Assembly (NCBI GenBank): GCA_965199825.1
Contig: OZ241329.1
Span: 1,696,001-1,760,000, forward strand
Direction of reading: 5' to 3'
DNA from: Bdellovibrionales bacterium
GTDB lineage: Bacteria > Bdellovibrionota > Bdellovibrionia > Bdellovibrionales > UBA1609
DNA length: 64,000 bases
Shown here: positions 30,212 to 38,184 of the stretch, in pieces
Layout: every line of letters begins with the position of its first letter
How positions within the stretch are numbered: position 1 is the stretch's first letter
Program-made: the position numbers and the translations under genes
Notes under the pieces: generated by a model
Databases searched by the model: none
Told to the model about the DNA's origin: nothing
What the model saw: the letters and a program-made list of their open reading frames with translations, nothing else

Positions 30212-30801
30212 TGCCTATTCATGTTCCAGGTCGACGCGGACGTGGTCACCGATCAAAAAAACCGGTTAAAAGAAAAGCAGTAGCGGTCTTACAATTAACC
30301 GCGATGGTCGATATGTTTACGGTGCTGACCGTTTTCTTGCTCCAAAATTACGCCTCAACAGGTGAGGTGATCAACATTCCAAAAGGTGTTCATCTTCCCA
30401 ATGCGGCGACGGTTAAAATCTTAAAACCCTCAAACGTTGTTGTTGTTTCAAGAGAGGCGATCACATTTAACAATGTGGCAATAGCGACTTATGGTCCCGT
30501 CCATGATCAAGAAGATTGGATGATTAATCCTCTCAAAGACCAAGTCGAAAAGATGATCAAAGACGGCGAGAGCGCTCAACAAACTCTTGGTAACCGCATC
30601 ACCAAAGCGGTCACCGATGCCAAAACTGCCGGCACACCAAAAGAAGCCGACATTGCAACTTATCGTAAAATCACCATCCAAGCCGATAAGGATGTGGATT
30701 TTTTAACGGTTAAAAAAGTGATGTACACCGTGACCGAGTCGGGTGTGTACGAAATTAATTTTGCGGTGATCAAGCGGCCCGATAAACCGGTTGCCAATTA
30801 A
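30211..30801 (+). CDS. aglS: ExbD/TolR family, AglS-like
   Basis: LQLTAMVDMFTVLTVFLL; ITIQADK; VKKVMYT; INFAV. Confidence 0.85.
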   Translation: MPIHVPGRRGRGHRSKKPVKRKAVAVLQLTAMVDMFTVLTVFLLQNYASTGEVINIPKGVHLPNAATVKILKPSNVVVVSREAITFNNVAIATYGPVHDQEDWMINPLKDQVEKMIKDGESAQQTLGNRITKAVTDAKTAGTPKEADIATYRKITIQADKDVDFLTVKKVMYTVTESGVYEINFAVIKRPDKPVAN

Positions 30802-31248
30802 TTAGGGGCCAGAGTCTGGATCGAACTCATTATGAATCGCCAAAATTTTGTAGCTCCCCTTTGAGGGCTCAAGCTCAAACCAGGTATTCAGACTTTCTAC
30901 GTGATTCAGATCATTGATATCAAATTGGGCAAAGATTCTTTTTTTGAATTGATAAACCGCTAGGTCTTGAATCTTTATTTTGGTGGGATCCACAGCCCGA
31001 CTTGCGCTCACATTTTTGTTTGCCTCAAATAGTTCCAACATCTGCGAAGTGGTTACTTTTTTAAGTAAATTGAGATCATTATTTCTGGTTGCAACGATAA
31101 AGTCTTTGAGTGTGCCTCTGATTTGTTCCAGGTGGGGGACAGTGGTTGTGATGTCGGTCGCATAAATGCTTAAGTAGCGCTTCGAGACTTGTTCGGCCTC
31201 ACAAGCGAGTGAAATGAGCAGCAATCCAACCAAAATTTTAGCGACCAT
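30802..31248 (-). CDS. Small exported hypothetical protein, NTF2-like pattern (candidate amidase partner)
   Basis: Signal peptide; helix IRGTLKDFIVATRNNDLNLLKK and C-terminal strands WFELEP.KGSYKILAI. Its start overlaps the amidase stop. Confidence 0.7.
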   Translation of the reverse strand: MVAKILVGLLLISLACEAEQVSKRYLSIYATDITTTVPHLEQIRGTLKDFIVATRNNDLNLLKKVTTSQMLELFEANKNVSASRAVDPTKIKIQDLAVYQFKKRIFAQFDINDLNHVESLNTWFELEPSKGSYKILAIHNEFDPDSGP

Positions 31249-32284
31249 GAATCACCTTATTGTGAATGTCTCCAGGAATAAGACTACATCCAATACCGGG
31301 ACATGTGGTTTTACAACCGGCATGCCCTTTTTTTCCTTTATTGATTTCGGCGCAGTTGCCAATGGTTTCGTCGACCAAACCGGTCTTTGGATGAACACAA
31401 CCAAAGGCACGGGCGCGGGCCTCTTTGTGACTAATTAAATTTTTGATTGATGGGCACTCACTTTTTAATTGCGCAACCAACTCGACAACTTTGGCAATGG
31501 CGCCGGGCTGTGGGGGATTGGGTCCAAGCAAAAAGGGCGTATTGGGCTCTTCTGTTTCAGAATTGTAATCGCCCACGATCATTATTCCTAAAGCGCCTTC
31601 ATTCGCCCCCGGACCAACGTGCGCTCCAAGCATCCATTTGCAATTCTTGTCTTTGACTCGCTCTCTACCTTCGTACACCTGCCACTGGCCCGAATCATTT
31701 TTTGAAATGATAAAGTGGTAACCTATATCGGCCCACTCGTTATTTCCCTTATGGTAGCCGAGCACTTGTGCGGGACCAATGGGCTTACCCGGACTGCGAT
31801 AAAATGGCCCGTCGCTATGATGAAGCACCAATGTGGTGGGTGATTCATCCATCGGAAACACACACATCGGTTCGGGTCTGTCTTTTTCCATCTTTTGCAT
31901 TTGCTCAATCAGTTTATCAGATGCGGCCTCGTCCGATTTGCTGCAATAAGCCCGGCGTTCAGCAATCCGTAATTTATCGATCTGTTGAACATAATCTTTA
32001 TCTTGAGGGTTGCACCTTTTGGGTGTTGGAGCACCCCATCCCGCTCGATCGACAAGTTTTAAAGTCGAGCACTGTTGGGGACAGCGCTCGACATAATTTG
32101 AAGCCGTCGCCGCATTCCAAAGGCCCTTGGCGATATTTTCACTCTCACAGTACGAAGGCGTTGCATTTGATTTTATCTCTTCACAGTATTGTGATTTTGA
32201 TTTGGTTGCTTGACCAAAAGCCGAATCAGAAACGTCATTTGCAGCCTGGCTTAAACTAACAAATGCAAAAATAAAAAACAGCAT
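31238..32284 (-). CDS. Secreted N-acetylmuramoyl-L-alanine amidase (Amidase_2/PGRP-like), Cys-rich
   Basis: Signal peptide; VDRAGWGA, LVLHHS, WADIGYHFII, VYEGR, GAHV, GIMIVGDY, ISHKE, TCPG. The Zn ligands His/His/Cys and the catalytic Tyr are present. Confidence 0.9.
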   Translation of the reverse strand: MLFFIFAFVSLSQAANDVSDSAFGQATKSKSQYCEEIKSNATPSYCESENIAKGLWNAATASNYVERCPQQCSTLKLVDRAGWGAPTPKRCNPQDKDYVQQIDKLRIAERRAYCSKSDEAASDKLIEQMQKMEKDRPEPMCVFPMDESPTTLVLHHSDGPFYRSPGKPIGPAQVLGYHKGNNEWADIGYHFIISKNDSGQWQVYEGRERVKDKNCKWMLGAHVGPGANEGALGIMIVGDYNSETEEPNTPFLLGPNPPQPGAIAKVVELVAQLKSECPSIKNLISHKEARARAFGCVHPKTGLVDETIGNCAEINKGKKGHAGCKTTCPGIGCSLIPGDIHNKVIHGR

Positions 32285-32394
32285 AACAGATATTCGACTA
32301 CCAAAAGGCAGGGACGCAATTGCCTTACATACGCTTCACAAAAACAATCCTAAAGGCTAGGATCATTAAGTAAACAATTTTTATTGAAGGCTTA

Positions 32395-32423
32395 TTGACA
32401 TATCAAAAGTTGCAAAACAAACT
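32395..32423 (+). promoter_or_regulatory. Putative sigma70 promoter of the SDR gene
   Basis: TTGACA-N17-CAAACT, with GGAG upstream of ATG 32456. Confidence 0.55.
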
Positions 32424-32455
32424 AAAAACCAACTTTTTAACGGAGCCTACTGCAG

Positions 32456-33199
32456 ATGAAAATCGCATTGATTACGGGTGCTAATCGCGGAGTTGGAAAA
32501 AGTATTGCGCTTGAATCCTCAAAACGGGGAGTTGGCATTGTGATCACCTACCGCACTCATGCCGATGAGGCGGATCAGGTTGTGTCGGAAATTAAAAAAA
32601 ATGGTGGGTCAGCTTCAGCTCTCAAATTGGATGTGGCCAAGGTCTCAAGCTTTGATTCCTTCTTAGATAATTTTAAAAAAATTTTGCAAGATCAATTCAA
32701 ACAAAAAACTTTTGATTTTTTGGTTAATAATGCGGGCACGGCCCAAAGATCTTTGATTCAAGACACCACCGAAACTATTTTTGACGAGATGGTCAATATC
32801 CATTTTAAGGGGCCATTTTTTTTAACCCAAAAACTTTTGCACCTGATCAACGAAGGTGGGCAGATCATTAATATCTCCTCGGGCCTGACCCGATTTTGTC
32901 ATCCTGGTGTCGCCACTTATGCTTCGGTCAAAGGAGCAATCGAAGTGTTTACAAACTATCTGGCCAAGGAATTGGGTGAGAAAAAAATTAGAGCCAACGT
33001 TGTCGCTCCAGGCGCATTGGCCACCGATTTTGGTGGCGGAAAAAATGATGAGAGCCAAAAAGCAATTGCCCAAGTCACTGCATTAGGACGAGTGGGCAAT
33101 GCCGAAGATATTGGTTTGTTGATTGCTGGGCTATTTTCAGAAGATTCGCGCTGGGTGAATGCCCAAAGAATCGAAGCCTCAGGCGGAATGTATCTTTAA
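32456..33199 (+). CDS. Short-chain dehydrogenase/reductase
   Basis: TGANRGVG, LVNNAG, INISS, YASVK, NVVAPG. Confidence 0.95.
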   Translation: MKIALITGANRGVGKSIALESSKRGVGIVITYRTHADEADQVVSEIKKNGGSASALKLDVAKVSSFDSFLDNFKKILQDQFKQKTFDFLVNNAGTAQRSLIQDTTETIFDEMVNIHFKGPFFLTQKLLHLINEGGQIINISSGLTRFCHPGVATYASVKGAIEVFTNYLAKELGEKKIRANVVAPGALATDFGGGKNDESQKAIAQVTALGRVGNAEDIGLLIAGLFSEDSRWVNAQRIEASGGMYL

Positions 33200-33897
33200 G
33201 CGGCGGCCCGTGTTTGGGTGGCCATCGAATTTCTTACGTATTGTATAATTAAACTTTTTTGTTCAGGCGATATGCTCACAAATCGACATCCGGTAAAATT
33301 GTCGCCGGTGCTTCGCACTTCGGCTTTGACCCGAATGGTTTCGATCAGCTGGGGACATTGAAGTTCGACACTGATCACTTGACCAGGTTGAACCCCAATC
33401 AAACCATTGACTCCAAATCCACCTTCGCCAATCGCTTGCATGGTGCCGATTGCGGTTTGGTCTTCCCACCGTGCGATCACTCGGCCTTCGATGGGTGATC
33501 GTGGATATTGTCTCCGACTAATTCCAATCTCGTCCATAATATCGTAAAATTCAAAAAGTGATGCCCAAGATTTCATACCCTTAGTCCACACACGAATTTC
33601 TTTTTGCGAATTTCTTTTTTCTTTGAGGTGACGAATCATCTCTGATTTTTCGAGCGGCCCAGTCGTTTCTGTGTTGATTGCGTAATACCACAACTGCACG
33701 TTGCGCTCGGCTTTGACTCGGCTTTCAAGCTTTTCAACTTCGCGAATCCAAATGGTCGATTTCATCCATCGTTCAGCGAGTGCACCCCAAATCCGGTGCT
33801 CTGCAGAGACCGAGCCGTTGTTCACCATCAAACGCACTTGGTCTGTCGAATAGGGACCCAAAACTTTATTTTGATGCACGGTAAACCATTGGCTCAT
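33196..33897 (-). CDS. Tandem GYF_2 (DUF4339) plus PilZ domain protein
   Basis: WF...GPYS...IWG...W and WYY...GPL...VWTKGMKSW (two GYF_2). RRQYPR, IGEGG, AEVR, GCRF (PilZ). Confidence 0.85.
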   Translation of the reverse strand: MSQWFTVHQNKVLGPYSTDQVRLMVNNGSVSAEHRIWGALAERWMKSTIWIREVEKLESRVKAERNVQLWYYAINTETTGPLEKSEMIRHLKEKRNSQKEIRVWTKGMKSWASLFEFYDIMDEIGISRRQYPRSPIEGRVIARWEDQTAIGTMQAIGEGGFGVNGLIGVQPGQVISVELQCPQLIETIRVKAEVRSTGDNFTGCRFVSISPEQKSLIIQYVRNSMATQTRAAA

Positions 33898-33903
33898 AAA
33901 GAC

Positions 33904-33930
33904 TTTTCGGATTGGGCTTCAAGGTTCTAG
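33904..33930 (-). promoter_or_regulatory. Putative sigma28-like promoter of the GYF-PilZ gene
   Basis: Minus strand CTAG-N15-TCCGAAAA, 6 nt before the ATG. Confidence 0.3.
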
Positions 33931-34000
33931 ATTCGATGTCAAAGTGTCTAAAAAACTCACAGTTTTAGTCCTGGACCTCAGCGATCAAACCCATCGCAAC

Positions 34001-34030
34001 TTGCACCTTTGATGGGTCTGTTGCAAAACT
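34001..34030 (+). promoter_or_regulatory. Putative promoter of lptC-lptB-rpoN
   Basis: TTGCAC-N18-AAAACT, 8 nt before ATG 34039. Similar to the element before the gliding operon. Confidence 0.4.
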
Positions 34031-34038
34031 ATTTCAAG

Positions 34039-35004
34039 ATGAAACGTTTGGCGCAGTACGGTTTAGCTTTGGCATTTTTTATTTTGGTGATCGAAGTCAT
34101 TCGGATTGCACCAAAAACTGTGGATGAGACCGCACAAAAGACGTCCCCCTCAAAGGCTTCAGACACTGCTGATCAGGTGATGCACGGGGCTCATCTTGTC
34201 GAGACTCGTGAGGGTCAAAAAGAGTGGGAGCTTTGGGCGTCCGAAGCTGTGAGCTATAAAAATCTTGATCGATGGAATCTGATTGGTGTCAAAGTTATCT
34301 TTTTTGGTAAGAGCGGCGTGTTTTTTACGGTGACCGGAAAAAAAGGAATCGTTGAGACAAAAACAAAAAATTTGCGAATTGAAGGTGATGTCATCACCAA
34401 ATCCTCAAACGGTTACACTTTTAAAACAGAGATGGTGGACTATAAATCTCTAGAGCATATGCTCATGAGTCCGCAACAAGTGAAGATGGTTGGGCCCGAT
34501 GATAAACAAGGTGGAGGCCTTAAACTCAAAGGCGAAGAAATGAGCCTCGATGTGCAGACAAGTTTGATGCACATCAAAAAAAAGGTTGAAACCCAAAAGA
34601 AATTTTCCGACACCAAACACCTCATGATTCATAGTGATGATGCCCAATTTAGTGGAAACTCAAAACTTGCTCGGTTTTTTAATCATGTTGTGATGGACGT
34701 CGAAACGATGCGGGTCACGGGCAAGGAGGCTCAGTTTGTTTATGACTCAGAATCTGCTCAGGTGACATCGGTTCTGGTTCAAGGTCGAGTGCGACTCACC
34801 GATATTGATAAGTGGGCAACAAGTGATCATATGACCGCGAATCTAGTGAATGACACTTATGTCTTTGAGGGTAAGCCTCGTGTAGTGCAAAATAATGATG
34901 AGCTCGTTGGCGACAAAATCACATTGCTTCAAGGCGGAAAACGCGTGCAAGTTGAGCAGGCTCGCGCACGCATGGATCAAAAAAGGTTAGAGACAAAACA
35001 TTGA
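34039..35004 (+). CDS. lptC: LPS export protein, LptC with fused LptA/OstA-like domain
   Basis: N-terminal TM anchor; KEWELWASEA and LRIEGDV (LptC-like); then ARFFNHVV, VLVQGRVRL, VFEGKPRVVQ, LVGDKI (LptA-like). Directly before lptB. Confidence 0.8.
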   Translation: MKRLAQYGLALAFFILVIEVIRIAPKTVDETAQKTSPSKASDTADQVMHGAHLVETREGQKEWELWASEAVSYKNLDRWNLIGVKVIFFGKSGVFFTVTGKKGIVETKTKNLRIEGDVITKSSNGYTFKTEMVDYKSLEHMLMSPQQVKMVGPDDKQGGGLKLKGEEMSLDVQTSLMHIKKKVETQKKFSDTKHLMIHSDDAQFSGNSKLARFFNHVVMDVETMRVTGKEAQFVYDSESAQVTSVLVQGRVRLTDIDKWATSDHMTANLVNDTYVFEGKPRVVQNNDELVGDKITLLQGGKRVQVEQARARMDQKRLETKH

Positions 35005-35723
35005 ACACGTTGACCATACACAATTTAGAAAAAAAATTTAAGAGTCGTAAAGTGGTCAATGACGTCAGCTTTGATCTTAAATCGGGGCAAGTGGTTGGAC
35101 TCCTTGGTCCAAACGGTGCCGGAAAAACCACTAGCTTTTATATGGTGGTAGGACTTTTAAAACCCGATCACGGTCGAATCGAACTGGATGGCAACGACAT
35201 CGCGGGGCTAGCGATGTATCAGCGCTCACGAATGGGTTTAAGTTATCTTCCCCAAGAGCCAAGCATTTTTAAAAAACTTACCGTGAAAGAAAATATTCAA
35301 GTGGCCCTTGAGGCCCAAGGGTTGTCCTCCCAAGAGCGTGCGGATCGAAGTCAAAATCTGCTCGATGATTTCCGAATTGGGCATATCAAAAATGCTTACG
35401 GTTATGCGCTTTCAGGCGGCGAACGTCGACGGGTTGAAATTGCGCGTGCACTCGCAGGCTCACCAAAATTTTTGCTGCTTGATGAACCCTTTGCTGGAAT
35501 TGATCCGATTGCGGTTGGAGATATACAAGAGATTATTCGTAATTTAAAAAATCAGGGAATTGGTATTTTGATTACTGATCATAACGTTCGCGAGACTCTT
35601 GGGATTTGCGATAAGGCCTATATCCTAAAAGATGGCCACGTCGAAGTGTGCGGTACCGCAAGCGAAGTTGCCGAATCGGCAATCGCAAGAAAATTTTATT
35701 TGGGCGAAAATTTTAAGCTCTGA
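35001..35723 (+). CDS. lptB: LPS export ABC transporter ATP-binding protein
   Basis: GLLGPNGAGKTTSFYM, YLPQEPSIF, LSGGERRRVEIARAL, LLDEPFAGIDP, TDHNVRETL. Confidence 0.97.
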   Translation: MNTLTIHNLEKKFKSRKVVNDVSFDLKSGQVVGLLGPNGAGKTTSFYMVVGLLKPDHGRIELDGNDIAGLAMYQRSRMGLSYLPQEPSIFKKLTVKENIQVALEAQGLSSQERADRSQNLLDDFRIGHIKNAYGYALSGGERRRVEIARALAGSPKFLLLDEPFAGIDPIAVGDIQEIIRNLKNQGIGILITDHNVRETLGICDKAYILKDGHVEVCGTASEVAESAIARKFYLGENFKL

Positions 35724-35736
35724 GGAGAGACGATTT

Positions 35737-37161
35737 ATGGCAATGCAAATGAAAACCAGCTTAAAACTTTCGCAGCAACTGCGCATGACTCCGCAGCTGC
35801 AACAGGCCATTAAGCTTCTGCAACTCTCGCGACTTGAACTTGAAACAGCGGTACGCACAGAACTTAACGAAAATCCTGTGCTCGAAGAGATTCAGGAAGT
35901 TTCTGACGATAAGCCAACCCCTGCCGAACAAGAAAATCGCGAGACCAGCCCACAGCTTGAGGGTGAGGCCGATCCTCGTAAACAAGAAGACTTTGAATGG
36001 GAAACTTATCTCGAGTCAACCTACAAGCCTCCAACAGCTTCGGGCTCCGGCAACGAAGAGATCATGAATTATGAAAACATCATCACCACAAGCCAAACTC
36101 TTCATGATTATTTATTATGGCAATTGAATCTCGGTGGCTTTAACGAAGATGAAATTCGGATTGGATCAATTCTTGTTTCTTACATCGATGATGATGGATA
36201 CATCAAAGTGCCCTTTGATCAAATTGCCGAAGAAGAGGGCGTTGATCTCAAAGAGCTCGAAGAGATGCTTCCCTTTATTCAAGAGTTTGATCCTCCCGGC
36301 GTAGGGGCGAGAGACTTAAGAGAGTGTCTCCTTTTACAAGCGGCTCACATTGGCGAAGACACGAATGATCTTGTCGCATTGATTAACAATCACATGCGCG
36401 ATCTTGAAAAAAAGAATTATCTCGGGATCGCTAAAGCAATGAACACCGGCGTGGAAGAGGTGGTCGAGCTTTGTAAAATCATTTACACCATGGATCCAAA
36501 ACCGGGTCGTGTGTATGCCACGCCCGATACCCATTTTGTAACACCTGATGTGTATGTTTATAAAGTGGGCGAAGAGTATGTGGTGTCGCTCAACGAAGAT
36601 GGGTTACCTCGGTTACGAATTTCAAACCTTTATAAAAATCTTTTAAAGGCCGAGAAAAAAACCGACGGCACCCAAGAGTATGTTCAAGATAAATTGCGGT
36701 CTGCGGTCTGGTTGATCAAATCGATTCACCAACGACAACGCACGATTTACAAAGTGACTGAGAGTATCGTTAAGCATCAAACCGAATTTTTTGAAAAAGG
36801 CCCAGGATTTATTAAGCCAATGATCCTTCGTGATATCGCAAACGATATTGGGATGCATGAGTCCACTGTTTCTCGAGTGACCACAAATAAATACGTTCAT
36901 ACTCCGCGCGGAATTTTTGAACTCAAATATTTCTTTAATTCTGGCATTGCGATGACTGATGGTGATTCATTGGCGAGTGAGTCGGTGAAATTAAAAATTC
37001 AGGGTCTAGTCGCAGTCGAGGATCAAAAAAATCCTCTCTCAGACCAGAAGATTGTCGAGTTGTTAAAAAAAGAAGGTATTCAGATCGCAAGGCGAACTGT
37101 GGCTAAATATCGAGACATGCTCAAAATTCTTCCTTCATCTAAACGAAAAAAATATTTTTAG
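35737..37161 (+). CDS. rpoN: RNA polymerase sigma-54 factor
   Basis: GAGGAG RBS before ATG 35737; MTPQLQQAIKLLQL, HESTVSRVT, RpoN box ARRTVAKYR. Confidence 0.98.
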   Translation: MAMQMKTSLKLSQQLRMTPQLQQAIKLLQLSRLELETAVRTELNENPVLEEIQEVSDDKPTPAEQENRETSPQLEGEADPRKQEDFEWETYLESTYKPPTASGSGNEEIMNYENIITTSQTLHDYLLWQLNLGGFNEDEIRIGSILVSYIDDDGYIKVPFDQIAEEEGVDLKELEEMLPFIQEFDPPGVGARDLRECLLLQAAHIGEDTNDLVALINNHMRDLEKKNYLGIAKAMNTGVEEVVELCKIIYTMDPKPGRVYATPDTHFVTPDVYVYKVGEEYVVSLNEDGLPRLRISNLYKNLLKAEKKTDGTQEYVQDKLRSAVWLIKSIHQRQRTIYKVTESIVKHQTEFFEKGPGFIKPMILRDIANDIGMHESTVSRVTTNKYVHTPRGIFELKYFFNSGIAMTDGDSLASESVKLKIQGLVAVEDQKNPLSDQKIVELLKKEGIQIARRTVAKYRDMLKILPSSKRKKYF

Positions 37162-37229
37162 TTTAGGCGCTGCGGTTCTTATTGGAATTTGCAGCGAAAT
37201 AAAACTAAAATAAAGGTGGGGGAATATGG

Positions 37230-38105
37230 ATGTCAAAATGGCTTACTGCTTTCGCTTGTCTTTTTTCTTACAAAATTTCTGCTCTTAGCCCTAAGGCCCA
37301 GCTCCGGGCTTTTCTTATTGAGGTCCATAAACAAAATCTCACCGACGATTTTTCGGATCGCGAGCTCGAGGGAGCCAAAGATCTCACAAAAAGTTTTTTT
37401 GAGGTCTCACTTCACAAAAATTTTTCTGATGAGATGCGCTTAACTGCAGCTCTCGCAATGGGATGGCGTGAGATAAGGTCTCAAGAATTTATCACCCAGC
37501 TTTTTACCGCGGCCTTAAATGAAGATGAGCCCGTCCAGCTGCGAGAAATTTGGATGGATCATGCAGCAATTGCAGCCTTGCAAAGCCAAGAAGGGCTTAA
37601 AAATTTATTGTCTCTCTTGAAATCCACTGACGATGAGCAATTGATCTTTGATTATTTCGCCCTTCTTTATCGCGCCCAACAGATTTCAAAAATCGCGGTT
37701 GCACCCAACCTAAGAGATTATCTCTCCAGCAGAGATCCGCGAGAATTGATTTCTGAAAAAGCCGTACTTCATCGGCTGGTCAGCTTTGATCAAACTGCCA
37801 CGTTGATCATCAAAAAAATGTATGAGGAAGAAAAAAATGAAGCCCTTCGCGATCGACTGATTTTGTTTTTTTCTGCCTTACAATATAAAAAACCAAAAAA
37901 AATTCTGACCTCCATCGAACTCAATGATTCAAGTCCTCAAGTACGAAGGCAAGCTTACATCAGTCTTGTTCAGATGAGTGGGTGGCGTGATCAAGGAAAT
38001 CCTCATTGGAACTCGATTTCCAATACTGTCAAAATTTTTAAAGTTCGTGCCGAACTGTTGTGTGCTGAGCTGTTAAATTCGCAATGGGCACCCGAAGACG
38101 ATTGA
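37230..38105 (+). CDS. Hypothetical helical/HEAT-repeat-like protein, probably exported
   Basis: Possible signal peptide; repeats EMRLTAALAMG, DEPVQLR, EKNEALRD, DSSPQVRRQAYISL. Confidence 0.65.
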   Translation: MSKWLTAFACLFSYKISALSPKAQLRAFLIEVHKQNLTDDFSDRELEGAKDLTKSFFEVSLHKNFSDEMRLTAALAMGWREIRSQEFITQLFTAALNEDEPVQLREIWMDHAAIAALQSQEGLKNLLSLLKSTDDEQLIFDYFALLYRAQQISKIAVAPNLRDYLSSRDPRELISEKAVLHRLVSFDQTATLIIKKMYEEEKNEALRDRLILFFSALQYKKPKKILTSIELNDSSPQVRRQAYISLVQMSGWRDQGNPHWNSISNTVKIFKVRAELLCAELLNSQWAPEDD

Positions 38106-38184
38106 TACGACCTATTAAGCTTTGACCGACCGCTTCACTCATTGGTAGTCCTCAAAACCCTCACTACCTAGCAACGAGGAGTTT

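Noticed and set aside
29016..30801. Calling the motor genes a standard Tol-Pal or TonB-ExbBD system
   Set aside because: No tolB, pal or TonB-dependent receptor is present. Two ExbD paralogs plus gltC/D/F/G context indicate Agl-Glt.
31768..32259. 163-aa plus-strand ORF
   Set aside because: Antisense to the amidase, which has complete catalytic motifs; it has no recognisable features of its own.
35632..35736. Extended N-termini in the ORF track (rpoN here; also pyrB 42606, pilH 48451, FHA activator 15641, lptC 34009, gltD 22845)
   Set aside because: They overlap upstream genes or promoters. Downstream starts fit RBS or promoter positions and family N-termini better.
38106..38184. SAM riboswitch upstream of metK
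   Set aside because: The gap is only 79 nt, holds a promoter-like element and RBS, and shows no SAM riboswitch consensus.
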